In this document: positions 9,257 through 17,607 of the stretch, piece by piece
How the letters are laid out: each line of letters opens with the position of its first letter
Position numbering within the stretch: the stretch's first letter is position 1
NCBI GenBank assembly: GCA_039028615.1
Contig: JBCCHT010000007.1
Location: 1 to 64,000 of the forward strand
Direction: 5' to 3'
Source of the DNA: Myxococcota bacterium
GTDB lineage: Bacteria > Myxococcota_A > Polyangia > Nannocystales > Nannocystaceae
DNA length: 64,000 nucleotides
Position numbers and translations under genes: made by a program
Notes under the pieces: generated by a model
Told to the model about the DNA's origin: nothing
Seen by the model: only the letters and a program-made list of their open reading frames with translations
Database searches by the model: none

Positions 9257-10260
9257 TCGTCGTCTGCAAGTCCTTCGATGAAGGTGCGGAGCAGGGCGAC
9301 GCCCGCATCGTCACGCCGGTCGATGCCGACCGGAGGCATGTCCTCGAGCTCGGGGTCGTCGCCCTCGCCCGAGACCACCAGCCACAGCACGCTCTGCTCC
9401 GGCTCGCCGGGCTCGATGCGGATGCCCTCGGCCGACGCGCTGCTCTGCGTGGGCTGGCCGATGGTGTTGGCGAGCGCATCGGCGGCGAGCAGGCTGAAGC
9501 TCGCATTCTCGGCGTCGGTGCCGTTGTGGCAGTGCACGCAATTGCCGTGGAACCAACCGAGCACCTGCTGCGTGGTGGCATCGGCATGGGTGATGCCCTC
9601 CGGGGTCGAGGGCGGCGGCTCGAGGAACGCGCCCGCGTCGGCCAGCGTGTCGAGCTGCTCGACCAGCTGCACCTCGCTCAGGCCCAGCACCGGGTCGGGG
9701 CTCGCTTCGTGGCACTGGCGGCACTCGAGCCGGGCGGGAATGGTGTGCCGCAGCTCGGGCTGGCCGGGGACGGTGACTTCGGTGGGCCGATCGATCTCGA
9801 GCAGCGTCGCGTCCTCGCCCGCTTCGTCCCACTGATAAGCCGCGAACTCCCACTCGCCCTCGGCATCGAGCCGCATCAAGCGAGTCTCGACCGGCCGATC
9901 CCGCCCCTGCGCGTCGGGGTACGAGAAGGTCTTGAACAACAAGGTCCCCACGGGCACGCGCCACGCATCGGAGACCGAGTTGTCGATGGGCTCGCCTTGC
10001 GGCAGCACCACGTAGCGAGCCTTGTCGCTGCCGCTGGACCACAGCGGCCACGCGGGCGCGTAGGCGAGCGCCTCGCGGGGCTGCGACTCAAGCTCGGGCG
10101 CGCGCGGATACATGCCCGTCTCGCGCAAGGTGTCGGGTAAGGGCCCCAGCGAATCGACGAGCAACGAGCCCGGCGGTGGCGCGAGCGGGTCGTCCTCGGG
10201 CTCGGTGCAGGCCGTCGACACACATGCGCTCACCAACAGCAGCCACGCGCGCGGTCGCAC
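9253..10260 (-). CDS. Diheme c-type cytochrome lipoprotein (SO2930-like)
   Basis: PLWSSGSDKARY, PVGTLLFKTF, RPVETRLM, CRQCH, CVHCH, MPPVG; lipobox STAC; start uncertain (GTG 10260 or 10287); stop overlaps the dehydrogenase start. Confidence 0.8.
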   Translation of the reverse strand: MRPRAWLLLVSACVSTACTEPEDDPLAPPPGSLLVDSLGPLPDTLRETGMYPRAPELESQPREALAYAPAWPLWSSGSDKARYVVLPQGEPIDNSVSDAWRVPVGTLLFKTFSYPDAQGRDRPVETRLMRLDAEGEWEFAAYQWDEAGEDATLLEIDRPTEVTVPGQPELRHTIPARLECRQCHEASPDPVLGLSEVQLVEQLDTLADAGAFLEPPPSTPEGITHADATTQQVLGWFHGNCVHCHNGTDAENASFSLLAADALANTIGQPTQSSASAEGIRIEPGEPEQSVLWLVVSGEGDDPELEDMPPVGIDRRDDAGVALLRTFIEGLADDE

Positions 10261-10385
10261 TCGAGCGTGGTGTTGACGTCGTTCCACCGCGGCGGAAGGG
10301 TAGCAGGCCCCGGGTCGCGCTGGTGACGACCCCACAACCCCCCATTTGGGGCAGTCCGAGCGGAGCCTGCGTGCCGTAAGATGGG

Positions 10386-11255
10386 ATGCTGACCATGATC
10401 GTCTCCGTCCGCGCGGTCATTGCCACCGCCAGTCTGTCTTTGCTCCTGGGTGCATGTCGCGATCCCGAGGGCAGCTCCGCCGCGGCCTCGTGCAAGCGTG
10501 GATTGGCCTACCAGTACCTCGCGGCCACCGACGCAGATGCGCAGGCGGATCTCGCAGCCATCGCCCGCGGCACCACGTGGGGCTACAACTGGCGCCCTCA
10601 ACCGGAAGCCAGCGTGCGCACCGGGTATGTCGATGCCGGCCTCGAGTTCGCGCCCATGGCCTGGGGGGCGGACTTCACCGTCGACGACATGGTGGCGGCG
10701 ATCCCCGACGGCAGCGAGATGCTGCTGGCCTTCAACGAGCCCAACTTCTTCGCCCAGGCCAACATGAGCGCGCAGGAAGCCGCCTCGCGCTGGCCCGAGC
10801 TGGAGATGATCGCGAGCATGAAGGGCCTGCGCATCTCCAGCCCCGCGGTGAACTACTGCGCGGGCGGGTGCTACGACACCGATCCCTTCAGCTACCTCGA
10901 CGACTTCTTCGCCGCGTGCACCGACTGCCAAGTGGATGTGATCGCCGCCCACTGGTACGCGTGCACGGGCGAGGCGCTGAGCAACTATCTCGAGGGATTC
11001 GCGAAGTATGGGCGGCCGATCTGGCTCACCGAGTTCTCGTGTGGCGATGGCGACGACGTCTCGCCCGCCACGCAGCTGAGCTACATGCGAGACGCGGTGG
11101 AGATCCTCGAGGCGGATGCCAACGTCGAGCGCTATGCGTGGTTTTCCGGGCGCACCACGGTGCTCGCCAATGTCGACATCTTGGCCGGGTCCGGGGCGCT
11201 GACCGACTTGGGCGAGCAGTACCTGAGCCTTCCGGGGGATGCATGCGCGCCGTAG
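10386..11255 (+). CDS. GH128 (Glyco_hydro_cc) beta-1,3-glucanase lipoprotein
   Basis: KRGLAY, WGYNW, EFAPMAWG, LLAFNEPN..QANMS, HWY, YGRPIWLTEF, VERYAWFS; lipobox LLGAC. Confidence 0.88.
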   Translation: MLTMIVSVRAVIATASLSLLLGACRDPEGSSAAASCKRGLAYQYLAATDADAQADLAAIARGTTWGYNWRPQPEASVRTGYVDAGLEFAPMAWGADFTVDDMVAAIPDGSEMLLAFNEPNFFAQANMSAQEAASRWPELEMIASMKGLRISSPAVNYCAGGCYDTDPFSYLDDFFAACTDCQVDVIAAHWYACTGEALSNYLEGFAKYGRPIWLTEFSCGDGDDVSPATQLSYMRDAVEILEADANVERYAWFSGRTTVLANVDILAGSGALTDLGEQYLSLPGDACAP

Positions 11256-12373
11256 GCCGAAGCGTAGGCCTGCTGCTCGGGCTGCTCACCGGGCTGGCGA
11301 CGGCGACCTGCGGTGACGACGAGGACGCGCCCGGGGCCTGCGACGCGCCGCTGGCCTCGGGCGGCGAGGACCAACCCGATGGCGTGGGCACGGCGGTGGA
11401 GGTCATCACCATCGAGTCGGTGGGCGGCGACGGCAGCTACGATCGCGTCACCTCGCTGGGGAAAGGCGAAGGCACGAGCTGCGACCTGCCCGAGGACCAA
11501 CGCTGCGTACGCAGCCCCGTTGCCGTCAGCGGGCCCCTCGCCCCCTTCGACGAGGAGATGTCGCTGCAGCTGCGGGGGCCGATGTCGCTGGATGCCATCG
11601 CGGTGTACGTGCCCAGCGGGGGTGCATGGGAGCGGGTGTCGTCGTGGAACCGGTGCGAGTCGAGCGACATCACGTTTCTGAACAACCTCGGGGGCGAGCT
11701 GTCCGGGGAATGGGACGCGTGCAACGGCAACAGTCAGAGCTACGCCTCCCCCGACGGCAGCCAGGCCGCCGCCGCGCCGCAGAGGTTCGGGGGCGAGCTC
11801 GCCAACGGGGTCGAGGTCACCGTCGTCACTGATCGCGCGTGCGAAGGCGAAGGCCCCGACAGCGAGTGTGGCGTCCATCGCCCGGTGAGCATGCACGGCT
11901 GGGAGGGTAGCGCCGCGGGGGAGAAGCTCTTTGCCGTACGCCTTCGCATGCCCACCGCCACCGCGAGCCCGGTGGGTGCCTACGATGATGCGCCCGCGGT
12001 GTGGTTTCTCAACGCGTCCGTCGTCCGCACCGCGCAGTACGGCTGCAACTGTCGCGGAGCGGGGGCCGAGGGTGGCTGCGGAGAACTCGACGTGGCCGAG
12101 GTGCTCATGGGCGGACGCCCCGGTCACGCGACCAGCACGATCTACTCGTTCAAGGGCTCCATCGGGGCGGACGGGACCACGGGCGGGGGCCACTACTTCC
12201 TGCGCCCCACCGAGCAGGCGGCCACGTTCATCGTGATCTTCAACGCCGCGGGCACCATTCAGATGCTGCGGCTCGGCCCCGACGACTTCGACTTCGGCGG
12301 TGCCATCGACCCTTCTCGAATCGACGCGTGGAATGCCCGCCGCGACTTCACCATGTCCCTGCCCTCGGATTGA
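11243..12373 (+). CDS. Tos1/DUF2401-DUF2403-like putative glycosidase lipoprotein (fungal cell-wall family)
   Basis: SGPLAPFDEEMSLQLRGPMSL, TFLNNLGG..SG.W...GNSQSYA, DAPAVWFLNASVVRTAQYG.CNC...GCGELDVAEVL, YFLRPT; 13-bp overlap with GH128. Confidence 0.8.
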   Translation: MRAVGRSVGLLLGLLTGLATATCGDDEDAPGACDAPLASGGEDQPDGVGTAVEVITIESVGGDGSYDRVTSLGKGEGTSCDLPEDQRCVRSPVAVSGPLAPFDEEMSLQLRGPMSLDAIAVYVPSGGAWERVSSWNRCESSDITFLNNLGGELSGEWDACNGNSQSYASPDGSQAAAAPQRFGGELANGVEVTVVTDRACEGEGPDSECGVHRPVSMHGWEGSAAGEKLFAVRLRMPTATASPVGAYDDAPAVWFLNASVVRTAQYGCNCRGAGAEGGCGELDVAEVLMGGRPGHATSTIYSFKGSIGADGTTGGGHYFLRPTEQAATFIVIFNAAGTIQMLRLGPDDFDFGGAIDPSRIDAWNARRDFTMSLPSD

Positions 12374-12387
12374 CCCGGAGAATCACC

Positions 12388-13362
12388 ATGTCTGCCCCGC
12401 CCCTGCCTCGCCTGCTGCTGATTGGACTCGTGACTTCGTTGGCCGCGGCGAGCAGCTGTAGTCGCGACGAAGGCACCGAGGCGGGCGCCGACCCCAGCTC
12501 GTTTCCCAACGAGTTCCTGGTCACCAACAACTGCGAGTTCCCGCTGTGGATCGAGGGCGTGAACAACCCGCTCGATGCCTCGCTGCGCTACGACCTCACC
12601 CCCCATCGGCACCAGCTCGCGCCCGGGGACTCGCTCACCTACGCCGTGCCCGCGGATTGGCCCTCGGGCCGCGTCAACGCCTACTGGGCCGATCCCGAGC
12701 AGAACCCGAACGCCTTCGACAAGGTCGAGATGACGGTCGAAGACGGGGTCATGAACTACAACATCACCTACGTCGACTACGTCGCGCTGCCCTCTTCGGC
12801 CGAGGCGGTCGGGGACGACTGCAGCGACGCCCGCGTCGGCTGCTTCCAGACCCGCCAGCAGCTGCTCGACAGCTGCCCCGACGCGCTCTCCGATGGCGAG
12901 CGCTGCCTTTCGGCCAAGGAGTACTGCGCCATCGCGGCCAACAGCGGCGACGACTACTGCCACGTCTTCGACGACGTGATCACTCAGTGCGCCACCGACA
13001 ACCCCGATACCTGCGGCGTGGCCATGACGCTGGGCAACGGCACCCAGGACGTCTACGCCTGCACGGGCTACTTCGACAGCCAGCCCAATGACGGCTGCAG
13101 CCCCGCCTCCGAGACCTGCCACTTCGAGGGCAACAAGTGGTGCGCCGCCATCAACCGCGGGATGCTCGACGACCCCGACGGCCGCGACGCCTCCCAGTAT
13201 TACCAGAACGAGCCCTTCAACACCTATGCGCAGTGGGTGCACGAGGTCTGCCCGGGCATCTACGCCTTCCCCTACGACGATTATCCCACCGACGCCGAGC
13301 AGAGCGGCTTCCGCTCGTGTACCTCGGATCGGCTCGAGATTACGTTTTGTCCGGCGGGCTAG
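12388..13362 (+). CDS. GH64/thaumatin-superfamily beta-1,3-glucan-active lipoprotein
   Basis: VTNNCEFPLW, WPSGRV, KVEMT, YNITYVD, CAAINRG, PFNTYAQWVH..CPGIYAFPYDD, EITFCP; GGAG SD at 12377-12380. Confidence 0.82.
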   Translation: MSAPPLPRLLLIGLVTSLAAASSCSRDEGTEAGADPSSFPNEFLVTNNCEFPLWIEGVNNPLDASLRYDLTPHRHQLAPGDSLTYAVPADWPSGRVNAYWADPEQNPNAFDKVEMTVEDGVMNYNITYVDYVALPSSAEAVGDDCSDARVGCFQTRQQLLDSCPDALSDGERCLSAKEYCAIAANSGDDYCHVFDDVITQCATDNPDTCGVAMTLGNGTQDVYACTGYFDSQPNDGCSPASETCHFEGNKWCAAINRGMLDDPDGRDASQYYQNEPFNTYAQWVHEVCPGIYAFPYDDYPTDAEQSGFRSCTSDRLEITFCPAG

Positions 13363-14863
13363 CGTCCGAATCGTCGTCGTAGCCGAGGCGCGCGGCGACC
13401 CAGCGGTTGACGGCGATGAGCCCCACGATCGCGATGCCCCACTGCATCACGCAGGTCATCACGCTGAAGGGGTCGAGCGGGTCCCACCAGGTCTCGGGCG
13501 CGTAGGCGGTGGCCGACAGGTATAGCCACCAGCCGAGCAGCAGCACCGCCAGGGCGGGCACCACGAAGCGAATGGCCACGACCCACGCCGCGCCCGGATC
13601 CAGGTCGGCCGGGTCGTCGGCGAACTGCTGGCGGAACTTCCCGGCGTCGGCGGCCATCGTCACCAGCGCGACGAAGAGGCCGGAGATCATCAGCGCCACG
13701 CCCCACACGAAGTCCTGGTTGCTCAGCACGTCGAGGTACAGGGCCGAGGGCACGCCCAGGGCGAAGCCGACGCCGAACACGACCCCGAGCGCCTTGCCGC
13801 GACGCATGCCCAGGTCGACCAGCGTGCGCGTGGCCAGCTCGATCATGGAGATGAGCGAGCTGATGGCGGCGAAGGCCAGACCAAGGAAGAACAGGATCGC
13901 CAGCGGCCGCCCCAGCGGCATGCGAGCGAAGAGCTGGGGCATCCAGATGAACGTGAGGCCAGTCGACGCGGGGCCGCTGTCCTTCATGACCGCGAGCACC
14001 TCGGCTCGGCTCATCTCCGCCCCCAGCACCGCGAACACGGTGCCGAAGATGGTGACGGCCGCGATCATCGAGACGGTGTTGTTGGCGACCCCGGTGATGA
14101 TCGCGTTCTTCACCACCCCGTCGCGGTGGCTCATGTACGCGGCGTAGGTGAGGATGAGGCCCCAGCCCGCGCCCGTGTCCCAGGCGTTTTGGGTCAGCGC
14201 CTCGAGCCACACCTGGGGCTCGGCGAGCTGTGACCAGTCCGGCGTGAGCAGGTAGCCGATGCCGGCTCCCGCCCCGTCGAGCGTGACGGCGCGCAGCATG
14301 GCCACCACCACGATGACGAGCAGCGTGGGCACCAGGATGCGGTTGATCTTCTCGATCGACTGCACCCCGCGACGGACGGCCAGGACCCCGAAGATCATCG
14401 CCACCGCGTGGAAGGCCACGGGCAGCCCGCTTTCGTGGAAGCTCTCCCAGGCCCCGGTGGCGGCCGCGGTGGTGGTGGGCGCCGCGACGAAGATCGTCTG
14501 ACCCAGGTAGTGGATGCACCAGCCAGCGACCACCGAGTAGTAGAACATGATCGCGGTCGCGGTGAGCCCGACGAAGGCCCCCATCCACGCCCGCTTGGGC
14601 CCGCCGTGGTGGGCAAAGGCCCCCACGATGCCCTTCCGAGCCGAGCGCCCCAGCGCGTACTCGGCGATGATGAGCGGCAGGCTCCACACCACCAAGAACA
14701 CGACCCAGGCGGCCAGGAATGCGCCCGCCCCCGTGTCGCTGGCGTTGTTGGCCGCGATTCGAGGGAAGCGCCAGATGTTGCCCGTGCCGACCGCGATGCC
14801 CAGCACGCTGAGGATGAGCCCCCAGCGCGAGCTGAATCGTTGCTCGGTCGGCGAGTCGCTCAT
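13340..14863 (-). CDS. Sodium-dependent transporter (NSS/SNF family)
   Basis: FSSRWGLILSVLGIAVGTGNIWRFP, GAGAFL, YYSVVAGW, ~12 TM helices. Confidence 0.92.
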   Translation of the reverse strand: MSDSPTEQRFSSRWGLILSVLGIAVGTGNIWRFPRIAANNASDTGAGAFLAAWVVFLVVWSLPLIIAEYALGRSARKGIVGAFAHHGGPKRAWMGAFVGLTATAIMFYYSVVAGWCIHYLGQTIFVAAPTTTAAATGAWESFHESGLPVAFHAVAMIFGVLAVRRGVQSIEKINRILVPTLLVIVVVAMLRAVTLDGAGAGIGYLLTPDWSQLAEPQVWLEALTQNAWDTGAGWGLILTYAAYMSHRDGVVKNAIITGVANNTVSMIAAVTIFGTVFAVLGAEMSRAEVLAVMKDSGPASTGLTFIWMPQLFARMPLGRPLAILFFLGLAFAAISSLISMIELATRTLVDLGMRRGKALGVVFGVGFALGVPSALYLDVLSNQDFVWGVALMISGLFVALVTMAADAGKFRQQFADDPADLDPGAAWVVAIRFVVPALAVLLLGWWLYLSATAYAPETWWDPLDPFSVMTCVMQWGIAIVGLIAVNRWVAARLGYDDDSDASPPDKT

Positions 14864-15435
14864 GTGCGCGAGGCCTTGGAGCTGTCGCTGAGCAACAGGA
14901 ACCGGCACTTCTTGCGCGGCGCATCGTTGCGATACTCGGTCGCCGCGCTCGGGGCATACATGGCGCTATCGTCCTTCTCGAGGACGTGCTCGTCACCGCC
15001 GAGCACCAGCGTCAACGCCCCGTCGATCACATTGACCATCTCCACCACGCCCGCCCGGTTCGCGGACATCTCACCGCTCGAGGACTTGGGGGGCAGCTCG
15101 TACCAGGCCACCTCGAGCCCCTCGTCGAGCAGCGCGGTGCGGATACCCCAGCGGGTGACTCGCGTGTCGGGCTCGACCAGGCGACGTCGCTCGTCCGCCC
15201 GGACCACCGTGACGGTGGGCATGGGGCTCTCGGAGAGCAGGTCGGTGAGTGTGCAGCCCAGGGCCCGCGCGATCTGGTAGGCCAGCTTGACGGTGGGGTT
15301 TTTCACCGCCCGCTCGACCTCCGAGAGCATGGTGGGGCTGACCCCGCTGCGCTTGGCGAGCGCCTCGAGGCTCAGCGACAGGGCCCGACGGCGCGCGCGA
15401 ATGTTCTTGCCAATCTCGCCCGCGGGATCGTCCAT
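14860..15435 (-). CDS. XRE-family HTH transcriptional regulator with cupin domain
   Basis: LSLEALAKRSGVSPTMLSEVERAVKNPT; C-terminal cupin; ATGA overlap with the transporter. Confidence 0.9.
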   Translation of the reverse strand: MDDPAGEIGKNIRARRRALSLSLEALAKRSGVSPTMLSEVERAVKNPTVKLAYQIARALGCTLTDLLSESPMPTVTVVRADERRRLVEPDTRVTRWGIRTALLDEGLEVAWYELPPKSSSGEMSANRAGVVEMVNVIDGALTLVLGGDEHVLEKDDSAMYAPSAATEYRNDAPRKKCRFLLLSDSSKASRT

Positions 15436-15470
15436 GCGTTGCGTGGTCTACGCCACGCACGGACGAAGGG

Positions 15471-17153
15471 TCAAGGCGTGGTCAGGTCGGCCAAGCCTTC
15501 GGGGACCACTGAACGACGTCGGCCGGTATCGTCGCGGAGCACGAGTCCTTGCAGCGAGATCCCGTCGGGAAGCCCGATGAGCAGCGTCTGTGCGTCGCTA
15601 TCGGACATTGAATGGCGAGTGACGGGCAGCTCGACCAGACCCGTTTCGGCATTCGCCTCGAGCGTGAGGCCTCGCAGACGCGGCCCCGGCACCGAGCCTT
15701 CGGTCACCCACCAACGCTCGTGCGCGCCCTGCCGCACGCCGACGAGCACCCGACCGGTGTCGACCGGTGCCTCCGCGTCCCAGCTGCTGAGCTCGCGGAT
15801 CTGATCGAAGGTATGCCACCAGGTCCAGTCCGAGACCCAGTTGTCGTCGTAGCAGTAGCTCATGTAGTCGCGCGCGTAGTTCGGATTGCGCAGACCGAAG
15901 TCGCGAATGCCGAAGCCCCACACCCCGATGGCCCCGTTGTCGTAGGGGTACTGCGGGTTCGCGTTGGGAGCCGGCTGCTCGCACGCGACGTGGGCCAAGC
16001 CCTGCAGGTGGCCGATCTCGTGGACGAAGGTGGTGTACGACCACGGGAGGTCCCAGGGCAGATACAGGCCGCTGGCCACTCGCTGGTAGGCCAGGTCCTC
16101 CGTGGGCGGGGGCGTCCCGAAGGCCATGCCGCCCGCACCGTCGATGTCCGTCGCCCCGCAGGCATAGAGGAACCCGTAGTAGTACTGATTGGGACTCGCT
16201 CCGTCGTCCAGGCGACGCTGCTGCAGCGGCGAGAAAGTACTCCACAACGTCGACGGCCGCTCCGTGAGCACGATGGGACTGGTGGCCACCGTCAGCTCGA
16301 CCGCGGTCGCGGGATTGCGCTGCATGAGGGACTCCTCGAACGCGCCCATGACTTCCGCTCCGGTATCGGGGAGGCCCGAGCACCCGGACCACGCCGCCTC
16401 GAGCGGCACGACGTGGACGCGCAGGCGCATCTCGTTGGACTCGAAGCCGATCTGCGCCGGGCCCTCGGCGGGCGCGACCGGGGGTGTCGCGGGCGGCTCG
16501 TACCCCGCCCGTTCTTCGGCCTCGAACAGCGCCACCTGAAACTCGAGCCCGGGCTGCGCGAGGTCGGCCGCGATGTCGAAGTAGAAAGCTCCGTCCAAGC
16601 GACCGAGCTCGGCCGGGCCGTCGATGTCGAGGACCTGGCTGCGCACGATGGTGTCGTCCGCCGCATCGGTGAGGGTCAGCCGCGCCTCGATGGGACGAGG
16701 CGTCCACGCGTTGGGGTCGAGTTCCCACGACACCCGCAGCAGAGTGTCCCGCCCGCCGACGAGCGGAGAGTTGCGGTCGGCGGGGCCGACCCATGCCTGA
16801 TCGCGAGCGATGGGGATCGCCACGCCTTGGTTGACCTCGACCAGCGCGACGCGGATGTCCGACGCGGGCTGCTCGGTCGAGGCACCATCACCCGTAGTGG
16901 TCGCTTCGGTGGGATCGACCGGTCCACCGGAGTCTTCGGGAGCAACGGAGCTCGTCGCCTCTTCGCCCGTCCCTCCGATGTCGTCGAGCGGTGAAGAGTC
17001 GGTTCCGGCCGAGTTGCAGGCCGCCAGCGACAGCTGCGTCAGCCCTACGAACAAGCCTCGAACGACGCGAGCTTTCAGACGCCGTCCAGCCTGTGCCCCT
17101 TCCACTTTAGCGTTGAACAAGGGGCGATAGCGGACCGTTCGCAGAGCTGACAT
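15471..17153 (-). CDS. Secreted zinc metallopeptidase (M66-like) lipoprotein
   Basis: HEIGHLQGLAH, YPY..G.IGVWG, Met-turn DYMSYC, WVSDW; lipobox LAAC; start uncertain. Confidence 0.78.
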   Translation of the reverse strand: MSALRTVRYRPLFNAKVEGAQAGRRLKARVVRGLFVGLTQLSLAACNSAGTDSSPLDDIGGTGEEATSSVAPEDSGGPVDPTEATTTGDGASTEQPASDIRVALVEVNQGVAIPIARDQAWVGPADRNSPLVGGRDTLLRVSWELDPNAWTPRPIEARLTLTDAADDTIVRSQVLDIDGPAELGRLDGAFYFDIAADLAQPGLEFQVALFEAEERAGYEPPATPPVAPAEGPAQIGFESNEMRLRVHVVPLEAAWSGCSGLPDTGAEVMGAFEESLMQRNPATAVELTVATSPIVLTERPSTLWSTFSPLQQRRLDDGASPNQYYYGFLYACGATDIDGAGGMAFGTPPPTEDLAYQRVASGLYLPWDLPWSYTTFVHEIGHLQGLAHVACEQPAPNANPQYPYDNGAIGVWGFGIRDFGLRNPNYARDYMSYCYDDNWVSDWTWWHTFDQIRELSSWDAEAPVDTGRVLVGVRQGAHERWWVTEGSVPGPRLRGLTLEANAETGLVELPVTRHSMSDSDAQTLLIGLPDGISLQGLVLRDDTGRRRSVVPEGLADLTTP

Positions 17154-17537
17154 CGAGACATCCAACCGTTTCGAGTATCGAATGCCGTGTTTTCAACGTC
17201 AACGCCATAGCGAAAATCTGAACACCTCCTGCTCGCCATGACACGATTTCATGAAAATTCGCACTATAACTCGTTGCTATGGCGCAAGTCGCAGGACCTC
17301 CCACCTGGCGCTCACCACGCGAAGAACGAGTTGCGAGGGAGTCGACAAACCCTCTTGCAAAAAGAACGCTAAAGCGTAATTTGGCTCTCGAGGTCCGAGG
17401 CTGCTTCACCACGTTTGCGACACCACGGGCGAGGACCCCTGCACTGCCCCCCCGCGGTGCACCCAGTGGTCCGAGCCCTCGCCGTCCGACTCCGCAGACC
17501 TCGGACACTCTCGTTTTACCTGAGTAGGTCCCTCCGT

Positions 17538-17583
17538 GGCCCGGGCCGTCCCCGCTCTCTTCGGGGTCGGCTCGGGCCCTTTT
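17538..17583. terminator. GC-rich hairpin, probable terminator downstream of the beta-helix gene
   Basis: GGCCCGGGCCGTCCCC...GGGGTCGGCTCGGGCC followed by CTTTT on +; lies ~25 nt past the minus-strand stop at 17608. Confidence 0.4.
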
Positions 17584-17607
17584 ACTGGGTCGTCGGCCGC
17601 GTCGGGC

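Noticed and set aside
10346..11242. Apparent N-terminal extension fusing the Tos1-like gene across GH128 (possible frameshift or overlap)
   Set aside because: The extension is off-frame junk; the Tos1-like protein has its own ATG and lipoprotein signal at 11243
17490..17585. CTCAGGTAAAA on the minus strand, reminiscent of a glycine riboswitch
   Set aside because: Lacks the GGAGA/CCGAAG core and a glycine-related downstream gene; better explained as a terminator hairpin region
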